This document shows positions 1 to 8,230 of a stretch of 20,000 bases of DNA, piece by piece. This DNA comes from Mesotaenium endlicherianum (taxonomy: Eukaryota). The first letter of the stretch is position 1; the number at the start of each line of letters is the position of its first letter. The position numbers and the translations under genes are program-made. The stretch spans positions 62,321 to 82,320 of the forward strand of contig WELA01002985.1 in NCBI GenBank assembly GCA_009602735.1, in the 5' to 3' direction. A model generated the notes under the pieces. That model saw only the letters and a program-made list of their open reading frames with translations, had not been told where the DNA came from and made no database searches.

Positions 1-2
1 TG

Positions 3-661
3 CATCCTGGATCTGAAGTGCGTTTAGATACTCAAGTGTGCTCTGTTAGAAGTATTGATCATAATTATGGACCTACATTTCATTCTATTTGTGGAAACTT
101 GGTCGTTTATCGACACCATGAACCACTTTCGGCTTTATGGGTCGACAAAATTTCTAGAGAAACCGCACGGGAGGAAAATGTAGATTTTCCGAAAATAGAC
201 ATTTTCAGAAAGTCTACATTTTTGTCCCCCCCACCTCTGAATTTAGATTGTGGGAGGACCCTGCCCCCCTTCAAAGGGCAAAAAATGTCTATTTTGTTTT
301 CGGGAGGACAGGGGGGGACAAAAATCTGAATTTCGGGGAAAAAAGCAATTTGTTTGATTCCTTTCAGCCTGGACTAAAAGATTCTTTTCTGTGTATTCAA
401 GACGCATTTGGTATCTTTCCCAAAAAAAGATTTTTTATTTTTAACCAGGAGTTAAGTACAACCAAGGTAGCTATACATACAAATTTGTTTTCAGACATAT
501 ATGCCTTAATTGGAACTGGAAGTGCTGAGACTGGATCGTATACCACCATTATGAAACTCCCTTTTATTGGTTGTATTTGGGTTGGATTTATACTTGCTGC
601 CATTGGTGGCCTGTGGAGTTTAAGCTCTTTACTTTGTGACCGTAAATTAAATTGGTATTGA
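3..661 (+). pseudogene. ccmFC: Cytochrome c biogenesis CcmF C-terminal protein (ccmFC), 3' portion, 5'-truncated by the window and broken by one frameshift (real or homopolymer error)
   Basis: The frame from 3 reads HPGSEVRLDTQVCSVRSIDHNYGPTFHSICGNLVVYR and stops at 329. A second frame, open from 158 to stop 661, reads FPKKRFF..STTKVAIHTNLFSDIYALIGTGS..YTTIMKLPFIGCIWVGFILAAIGGLWSL. Both blocks match recalled streptophyte mitochondrial CcmFC motifs (GPTFHSICGN; TTKVAIHTNLFTDLYA; KLPFI..IWIGF). Confidence 0.85.
175..222. repeat. Imperfect inverted repeat inside the ccmFC variable region
   Basis: aaaatgtagattttc ... gaaagtctacatttt are reverse complements with one mismatch. The aaaatgt(c/a)(t/c)at core recurs near 281, 1321, 1457, 1481 and 1766. 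Confidence 0.7.
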
Positions 662-824
662 TATCTGGGCATCAGACCTCGGACTGAAAAACATTAGCCA
701 AAATCCCCCAGACAAGGCGAAGAGGGCGACCAGAGGGGGGGAAAACAAAACAGACCCCCGCCCCCCATTTCCCATCCCCCCGCCCTATGCTCCTTCGGCC
801 CCCCCCACAATATAGATTAAGAGG

Positions 825-843
825 TGCCCCCCGAAGGGGGGCA
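825..843. repeat. GC-rich mini-hairpin tgcccccc-GAA-ggggggca (copy 1)
   Basis: 8-bp stem with GAA triloop; an identical 19-mer is at 1724-1742. Confidence 0.85.
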
Positions 844-903
844 GGGCCGGAGGGCCCACATAGGGCGGGGAAATGACAAATCTTTAAATTATTACACTTA
901 TTT

Positions 904-1254
904 ATGAACCACAAACATGCCATTGCACACATTCAGTCTACTTTAAGCAATACCATTATTACAATAACAGACTTAAGAGGGAATACAAAAACCTGGTCTT
1001 CTTCCGGGACTGTTGGATTTAAGGGATCAAGGCGTTCAACCAACTATGCAGCTCAAGCCACTGCTGAGAATGTGGCACGGGCTGCGATTCAATTAGGAAT
1101 TAAATCAGTAGAAGTTAAAGTTCGAGGCTTAGGCTATGGTAAAGAGTCTTCGCTCCGCGGTTTGCAATTAGGGGGACTTGTAATTAGTAAAATTAGCGAT
1201 TTGACTCCAATACCTCACAATGGATGTCGGGCACCTAAAAAACGTCGTGTTTAA
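904..1254 (+). CDS. rps11: Mitochondrial-type ribosomal protein S11 (uS11), intact 116-aa ORF
   Basis: [71 protein letters not shown] is the full uS11 signature. ATG 904, TAA 1254, AT-rich codons. Confidence 0.96.
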   Translation: MNHKHAIAHIQSTLSNTIITITDLRGNTKTWSSSGTVGFKGSRRSTNYAAQATAENVARAAIQLGIKSVEVKVRGLGYGKESSLRGLQLGGLVISKISDLTPIPHNGCRAPKKRRV

Positions 1255-1287
1255 TTGTGGAGTGCTACAACTTCTTCCCCCACCCAG

Positions 1288-1507
1288 CCCCCCCCCTTCG
1301 GGATGTACATTTTTCCCCACAAAATGTCTATTTCCCCCCCAGCAAAGATTTTGTTCTGGGCTTTGCCCTGCCCTCCGGGCTCCTTAGCCTTAGACTTTGC
1401 CCTGCCCTTTGGGCTCTAGGGCTCTAAATGGTGTCACGGAGGGGCTCGGGGGAGAGAAAAATGTACATTTTCTGGTCGGGAAAAATGTACATCCCGAAGG
1501 GGGGGGG
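1288..1507. repeat. 30-bp perfect inverted repeat pair (1288-1317 / 1478-1507) downstream of rps11
   Basis: cccccccccttcgggatgtacatttttccc and gggaaaaatgtacatcccgaaggggggggg are exact reverse complements. The enclosed region has a direct repeat ctttgccctgccct near 1361 and 1396. Confidence 0.85.
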
Positions 1508-1611
1508 GAAAACATAAGACCTAGGCATAGGAAAGCACAATTCCCCTGATGAACAAAATCTAGATTTGTTCGCGCCAAGCGCCGAAGGTAGACAATATTG
1601 TGGGGGGAGAA

Positions 1612-1671
1612 CAAAATTGTGATCATAGGATGCCCTTAGCCTTTGGAGGGCATCCTATGATCACAATTTTG
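1612..1671. repeat. Perfect 25-bp stem, 10-nt loop palindrome
   Basis: caaaattgtgatcataggatgccct (1612-1636) / tagcctttgg / agggcatcctatgatcacaattttg (1647-1671). Confidence 0.9.
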
Positions 1672-1723
1672 CCCCCCTGTCCCGAAGGGGGGAAACCATC
1701 TAGATTGTTTTTCTGCCCCGGGC

Positions 1724-1742
1724 TGCCCCCCGAAGGGGGGCA
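1724..1742. repeat. GC-rich mini-hairpin tgcccccc-GAA-ggggggca (copy 2)
   Basis: Identical to 825-843. Confidence 0.85.
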
Positions 1743-2545
1743 CGTCGCCCCCTGCCCAAAGGGCAAAAATGTCTATCATCCCCCCCACCCCGACCTCTGA
1801 AATTCTCTTGTTGCAGCACTGAAAGACCATCTGGACAATGCCACATGACATCAATGCAAATGGCCCAAGCTGAAGATAGCCTCCTCTGCAGTCGCTCGAT
1901 CAAACCACGCTATAAAATGCACGTCAGATCCAAACAGTCGAGCCAGAAGCTGCAGTTTGCCCGACCTTGGCATGCATGAGGTCTTGATTAAGTGTGAAGC
2001 AAAATTACTGCTCTAAACTTAGAGCACCTAGGGTTACAAACTCGTGCACGGGTGTTCTTGTTTTAGTCATGATATAGCATGACACAGCTGTATTTTAGTT
2101 GGCCAGCTTGGTCGAGCGGACTTTGCATGCTTACTTTTAGCCCCGACATTTTCCTCTTTAGCTTCTCAGCACATGATCAGAACTACTTTCTGTCCAGTCT
2201 TCAGGTGGCACATCCGAGCAATATCCAACTGAATGACTGAACCTCCGCCAGTAAATGTGACTAGCTAGCACGTTCCTGCAAATAGAAAGGCTGCTGCTTG
2301 CTCGGTGCTCATTGCATGCAGGAGTCGCAAGCGTGTTGTATTACTGGTGTCTGTTCCGGCATGCGGAGGTATGCAAAATAGAGGTTATTAAAGAGGAAAT
2401 GCACCTCATCTCAACATCTGTTGCCATGTAGCCGCTTCACATCATGCAGTGAGATAGGGTAGATAGGATAGGCCAGGCCAATCAAGGCGGCATATTACCA
2501 AGCACAATAGGATCTTATAAGTGCTCTCTTCTTTTAAACCGTGCT

Positions 2546-2734
2546 CTAATAATATCGGTACTGACTGTACAGGTTGGGAGTGTAGGAGGTCACGAGGGCC
2601 AGGGAATTCTTCATCCGCGACATCAGCTTGAACGTCTCCTCCGCCTCCACCTGGCGCCGCACGTCGCTGCCAGCCAAGGAGGAGGCCCGGTCGGGATGGA
2701 ACTTCAGCAGCGCCTTCTTGTACGCCCCTTGCAC
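2546..2734 (-). CDS. J-domain-like gene, terminal exon (HPD motif)
   Basis: Acceptor CCCAG|GTG at 2735/2734; 63 codons including stop; AYKKALLKFHPDR. Confidence 0.9.
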   Translation of the reverse strand: MQGAYKKALLKFHPDRASSLAGSDVRRQVEAEETFKLMSRMKNSLALVTSYTPNLYSQYRYY

Positions 2735-5700
2735 CTGGGCGCGCGTGCGCACACACGGACGCACACACACGCGCACACACATGCACGCACGCACACACAC
2801 ACGTGCACACACGCACACACGCGCACAAAGATCAGAAGAGGTTCTCATCCGTCATTCCAAAGATGGAGCCACGCAGAATTGACGCGATTCCCACCAGCCA
2901 GCCAGCCAGCTAGCCAGCCAGATGCCTAATCGTAACCTTTACCTACTCTTCCGCTCCACATCGCCAGGCAAAACAAGCAAGGGGCACCTAAATTTAATTT
3001 GCAAAATCTCGCCAAGGGACCTGCATTTTTCAGCCAATATGAAAAAGTCAAAAGGCTGAGACAGAGGCTGACAGTGGCTCAACCGGACAGGCGCCGCCAG
3101 CTGGCGGCGCAAGCGCGGACAGCTGGGCTTGCGCCGGTGCTTACGTGGGCGGCGGTGGGCTGCGCTCCGCCGTCGACGCTGATGCCAAGGCGGCGCAGGA
3201 GCGTGGCCATGTCGGGGCACCCCACAGCCAGGCGCTCCAGCTGCGACCGTATCTGGCCCCGCAGCTGCTCCTTCAGGTCCTGCTTCGACGACTCCTGCGC
3301 GTTTGAGCACCACGCACACGAACACACGCACACGCGCACGCACACACGTACACGTACACGCACACGCACGTCCGTGCTTGCACGCAAGAGGGCGAGAGAT
3401 GGGATCAGTGAGTCCCTCTGGCCAGCGAGCGCAAGTCCGTCCGCCCCATCCACACACCCACCCGCCTTGTCCAAACGGCAGGGACTCGCAAATTGACAGG
3501 CGGCTGACCGCATGCGGCTGTCGCTGTCATGCTCTTTGCGTAAGCCAGGAACGAAGACGCACATCCAGGTGGCTGCACGCGCGGCAGCACACCCTCATGG
3601 TCTCACAGGTGGGCGGCTTAGGTGGAGGAGGAGGAGGATGAGCAAGGAAGTTCTGCAAGCTGGCAACAGCAGCAGCTGCACGCGGTGCTGCTCTTGGGGC
3701 AGCCGCGACATTACGGATGGACAAGCTCGTATACCCCCCCCCGCTGTGCCCTTCCCTCTCTGACTCCACCTTTCCAGCGCACACCCGGGTTCTCGACACT
3801 GTCATGAGGCAGGCAGGCAGGCAGGCTGGCAGGCTGGCAGGCTGTGGGACAACAGAATGGGCGGGGTGGGGGGGTTGGAGCAGCAAAAGAATGGAGCTGG
3901 GAGACAGGGCTGCCTGACAAGGCTTCATGGTGAGTTTTCAAGTGGGGGAGGAATGGAAAGGGGGAGGGGGAGGGGGNGGGGGAGGAGGGAGGGGGGAGGG
4001 GTGTCCCAACCTTGAGCTGGTTGCTGCGCATCTCGTCCAGGCGTTGCTTCTGCCGCAGCTCCATCTCTACCTTGCGCTCCATCTCCGCCTTCTTCCGCTT
4101 CTTCGCCTTCTGCGCCTCCAGCGCCTGCGTGCGCCCAGGCCAAATATCAATCACCACAGGAGGAGGGGGAGAGGGAGGGAGGAGGAGGAGGAGGAGGAAG
4201 AGGGGGCGGAGAAGGAGGTGGAGGAGGATGAGGACTGGGAGAAAGAGAAGGCGAGCGAGACAGGACATTTGCAAAGAGGGGGCGGCACTTGTGGGCGGGC
4301 CGCACGTAGCCTTGGGGGGGCACATAGATATGCGAAGAAGCCAATGGCAAGCGACCCACCCCTTGCTCTGGACCGGAGAAAACACTGCTGGAAAGGGTTC
4401 CTTAGTTGCACAAGCAGATAGATACACGCGCTCCTACGTGTCTGCGTGCCTGCGTGCCTGCCTCAGTGCCTGCCTGCCTGCCTGGGTGCGTGCGTTTGTG
4501 CGCAACCCAGCCAGGGCCTGCCGCCTGCCCAGCTCCGATTCCACAAGCCCGCAGCAAAGCTCGTGCCGTGCCTAAGCAGTGGAAGCAAGAAGAGGGCGCG
4601 CGCGTGCGCGGGAGGAAGTTCCTCTCTGCCTCCCCAAGCACACACATGCCAATCAACAGCCAGGAGATAGCTTCTGTGCCACTCTCTGCGTGGCCTCGGC
4701 TGAGGCCCACCTCTGGAGCTTCCTTCTCCAGCAGGTAGGCAGGCGGGCAGTAAGGGCCACAGCATAACACCTCAGAGCTACCACAGGACATGCTCACGCA
4801 TGGAATGATGGCAAATCGCTGCCAGCCAGCCAGATAGCCAGATAGACAGGCAGACGGCTGCCTGGACTCTCTCTGCACGATGCCCCCCACAGCCATGCCT
4901 CCACCCGGCTGCTGCTGCAGCTGCGGCGCAGCTGGCGAGCAAAGACGTGGACCAAAGAGGTTGCCTGCCCTGCCAGTGACTCAGGGTTGCGTTTCTCCCA
5001 GCAAGGACCAGCTTGAGCGCAGGAGGCCATGGCCAATCGAAGCTTGCCTCTTGCCGCTCGCTGCTTGCCACCTGGCGCTTGTCCCTTCCACTAGGCAATT
5101 TTGCAGTGTCGCACACGCGGAGACTGTGCAGGCACATGTGCACGCGCGCACACACACACACACACAGAGAGAGACATACGCAAGCATGCACCCATGTGCA
5201 CACTCACGCACCCACACATGCACACCAGCGCGCGCACACCACACCAACAGGCACACCTTCACGCACACACCCGCAGGCTTGCCCTCGCGCTGGAAAGCGC
5301 TCTCACATCAACACGGCGGACAGCACAGGCAGGAAACTGGGAGAGCAATACCAGAGGCCCCGCGAGGGTACCTGGCGCTTGAGCTCCTCGTGGCGCTGCG
5401 CCCACTCCGCCTCCTCCGCCTGCTTGAAGCCGGCGCTCTCCTTCAGCAGCTCCCTCTCTCTCAGCAGCAGCATCGCCCCTTCCATGCCCCCGACCCCGGC
5501 CCCATTCCCAACCCCGTGCCCATCCCCGTGCCCGTCCCCATCGTCGTCCTTGTCCCTATCAATGTCCCCAGTCTCCACTGCACCGTTGGCATCTGCCGCA
5601 GCTACGGTGTGGCCTCTACCTTCCCCTGCGAATGCATGCTGCCGCCCGGACGCTCCCCCGGCTGGAGACGCGTGCGGCACTGCTGCTGCATGAAGGGGAT

Positions 5701-6302
5701 GGCTAGGGCGAGGTGGAGGCGACCGCGGATGCGAGTGCGCCATGTGTCCTTCTCTGGTGCGTCCAAGAGGCTCCTGCCGTTGGCTGGCGGCCGCTGCCGT
5801 TGCCGCTGCAGCTGCCGCCGCCGCCGCTGCTGCTGCTGCTGCTCCCCCCCTAGGGTACGTTGGCCCAGACCCAGCAGGGCCTGCTGCAGGGCCCATATGC
5901 GGTTGCTCACGTGGGGACATGCAGTGACTGTGACAATGCCCCGCCCCTTGTGGGGCGACACCTGGATGCTCCCCACGCTGGCCACCTGGCGGGTGTCCTT
6001 GAGCGCCACCTGTTAACGGAACGCCAGCGACACTAGCACCATCGCCCTGTGATTGATACTCTTGGTGACTCGGCGACGCTGCTTCGCCCCCCCTTCTGCC
6101 CTGCTCCGCAGCGGCGGAGGCTGCTCCTGCACCGACATCTGCCCCCCCGTATGTGCGAGCAGCACTGTGCCCCGGCTGCTCCCCGGCAAGCCCTGCACCG
6201 CGCCTGACACCAAACCCCTTCCCCCTGCCGCGAGCTCCCCTTGCAGCACTCGCCCCAGGACCCCCGCTTGCAGAGGAATACGTCCCCCTCCCCTCTCCCC
6301 TC

Positions 6303-6334
<32 letters not shown>

Positions 6335-8230
6335 ACCTGCGCCTGCTTCACCTGCCCCTCCTCCTCCTCCGGCCATGTGACCTGGCGAGCCCGCCCTGTC
6401 CATCCTCCTCCTCAGGGCCGCCTCTTCCCAGAGCTGCCTGACCTTCTCGCCACTTGTCAGGATCTCGATGTCCGAGTCATCGTCGTCGTCCTCGTCGTCT
6501 GACAAGTCTCCCACAAAAGCGTCCCCCCCCCGCCCCCCAAACTCACCAGCCCCCCCAACAGCCGCACCGCCACCGGGACCACCACCGCTGCCACTGTGTG
6601 CCCCTCCCATATGCAGCAGGTCGACGTCATCCTCGTCCTCAAACAGCTCCTCAAAATCCTCCTCCTCCTCCTCCTCCTCCTCCTCTTCCTCCGAATCGTC
6701 GTCATCAAACCGAAACCTTGTGCCACCAGCAGTCGCCCAGGCAGTGCCGGAGTACCCATTAGGGTTGGCAGCCTCCCCCAGGCCTCGACGAACCGGTTCC
6801 CGTAAACCCCCCACCCCTGCTTCACCACCCCCCCCACCATGCCGCTGCTGCTGCCACCGCGGCTGAGCTCCCACCCCCCCCGCTCTGCTGGCTGTCCGGG
6901 CACTCGCCTGGAACGCCTGGGGCTGGATGAACTGCACATCGTCGTCCTCCTGGGGAGGAACAAACTGAAATGCCTCGTTGTCTTCGTCGTCGCCGTTGTC
7001 GCCGTCCCCGTCGTTGCCATGGCCGTCCACGTCAGCGTGGTGGTCCCCCGCACCAACACAACCGCCCTCCCCCTCCTCCTCCTCCTCACCTGCACCCTCG
7101 TCATCCTCCTCCTTGCCTTGACAGCCATTGGGTGCATGGTCAGGCGCGCGGAAGCCCCCTCTGAAGAGAGGCACAAAGGCGGGAGGAAATTCTCCTGCGC
7201 CGCCTGCTGCTGCTCCTGCGCCGCCACCTGTACGGCCCTCGTCCACGAAGGGCGCGGAGCTCCCACGGGCCTCCTGTGAGTGCCTAGGCCTCTTTCTCCC
7301 CTGTGTTTCTGCGGCGGCGCCTGCTGTTACTGACCCCAAGCCCCCATTCCCCACACTAGCTCGACTGCCAGGCAGCCCTCTCGCACCTACCCTGCCCTGC
7401 TCCTCCTCCTCCTCGTCTTCTTCCTCATCGTCGTCAAGGATAACCACCGAGGGTCTCCCCCAAGCTTCCCTCTTCACAGGTCTGCCAGCCCCATAGCATT
7501 GGGGTTGGGCGGAACTTGTGTCCTCCCCATATGACGCCCCACAGTGAGGGCCAGATTCAAAAGCACTCCCCATCTGGTGGAGGGGCTGCGCCTCGTGCGC
7601 ATGCTCTCCACCTGGCATGCTGCCAGTGGAAGAGGATGCTTCGTCCCTGTAGTGGATGCCATCGCCCTCATCAGCTGCTCTCGCCTGACTACCCCCACCC
7701 CCAGCATGCTCCCCACTTCTTCTGCCAGTCCCCTCCCCAACTGCCTTCTCCCGGCTAACGCCTCCCTCCTCTGCTGTTCTGCTGACGTTCGGATTCTTCT
7801 CTCCTAGGCTTGCGTCCCTGGAGAGTGCACTAGGCCTCATGCGCACATTGGCATGCCGGAAGTGGCGATCAATACTCGAGAAGCTCCCTATATGGTTCCC
7901 GATAGGACTACCGGTGCCTAGAGAGGGATCAGTGTGTCGTCCAGTCTGAATGCCATCGTAGATTCCCTGTTCGGTGAAGTTGGCTGCGCTGACATTCGTA
8001 TACAATTTTGCGGCACCTGGCATGGCGTATCCACTTGGTCCAACACCATGAGGGTAAGGAATTCGACCAGCGAAAGTGGCAGGCCCATCCATCTGGGCCG
8101 TCTTTGACGCTAGTTGTGGAACTCTCTGATTCTCACCTTTCTCCTCCCACCTATCTGAATTCCACCCCTCTGAAAGAATTCTATTCACACTCGGCCACCT
8201 TCTGAGATAAGACAAACCATAATGAGCCAT
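2546..8230 (-). CDS. Multi-exon gene for a large low-complexity protein with coiled coil and C-terminal J-domain-like (DnaJ, HPD) module; proposed join(8230..5372,4124..4011,3294..3145,2734..2546)
   Basis: Three phase-0 GT-AG introns splice to ..RERELLKESAGFKQAEEAEWAQRHEELKRQ|ALEAQKAKKRKKAEMERKVEMELRQKQRLDEMRSNQLK|ESSKQDLKEQLRGQIRSQLERLAVGCPDMATLLRRLGISVDGGAQPTAAH|VQGAYKKALLKFHPDRAS..VRRQVEAEETFKLMSRMK. This resembles a recalled conserved plant family of uncharacterised C-terminal DnaJ-domain proteins. Start codon uncertain. Confidence 0.85.
2738..2826. repeat. Degenerate (CA/CG)n alternating purine-pyrimidine tract at the 3' end of an intron
   Basis: gcgcgcgtgcgcacacacggacgcacacacacgcgcacacac...; similar tracts at about 3308-3372, 5110-5270, 16600-16675 and 18234-18292. 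Confidence 0.85.
3145..3294 (-). CDS. J-domain-like gene, coding exon 3
   Basis: Acceptor CGCAG|GAG, donor CAC|GTAAGC; 150 nt, phase 0/0; DLKEQLRGQI..DMATLLRRLGI. Confidence 0.88.
3808..3843. repeat. (GGCA/GGCT)n tetranucleotide microsatellite in intron
   Basis: ggcaggcaggcaggcaggctggcaggctggcaggct; related (GCCA)n near 2897-2921, (GCCT)n near 4447-4483 and (GCCA/GATA) near 4820-4850. Confidence 0.8.
4011..4124 (-). CDS. J-domain-like gene, coding exon 2 (basic coiled coil, possible NLS KAKKRKK)
   Basis: Acceptor ACGCAG|GCG, donor AAG|GTTGGG; 114 nt, phase 0/0. Confidence 0.85.
5372..8230 (-). CDS. J-domain-like gene, large first coding exon (Gly/Ala/acidic low complexity)
   Basis: Single open frame of about 950 codons with protein-like D/E, G and A runs (GGA, GCAGGA and GCN repeats); donor CAG|GTACCC at 5372/5371. 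ATG 8230 is directly preceded by an in-frame TAG; a downstream ATG (MDGPATF) is an alternative start. Confidence 0.78.

Larger units (their letters stand above)
1..1800 (+). other. Mitochondrial-derived segment (probable NUMT, or organellar contig joined to a nuclear scaffold); right boundary approximate
   Basis: Two intronless mitochondrial-type genes (ccmFC, rps11) with AT-rich codon usage lie in tandem on one strand, with GC-rich palindromic spacers. The repeat family stops abruptly near 1800, after which the sequence contains GC-rich genes with spliceosomal introns. Confidence 0.8.

Noticed and set aside
676..715. tRNA-Phe-like anticodon arm (ggactgaaaa)
   Set aside because: No D-arm, T-arm (GTTC) or acceptor stem can be folded around it.
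1255..1800. CRISPR-like array or short ORFs (1390-1626, 1600-1800, 1636-1854)
   Set aside because: Repeats are inverted and irregularly spaced with no unique equal-length spacers. The ORFs are translations of the palindromes; the same peptide appears on both strands.
3527..3928. Protein-looking minus-strand stretch (AAAPRAAPRAAAAVASLQNFLAHPPPPPP) as an extra exon
   Set aside because: The flanking exons already join in phase and give a continuous conserved coiled-coil sequence. No convincing splice pair found, although an alternative exon cannot be excluded without RNA data.
3958..4001. G-quadruplex-like runs in introns (also about 12838-12925 and 19775-19802)
   Set aside because: G runs are ubiquitous in this window and partly unresolved (Ns), so no specific function can be supported.
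4880..7807. Numerous plus-strand ORFs (e.g. 4880-6016, 5013-5693, 6053-6502)
   Set aside because: Antisense shadows of the GC-rich minus-strand exon and of microsatellites; translations are low-complexity with no motifs.
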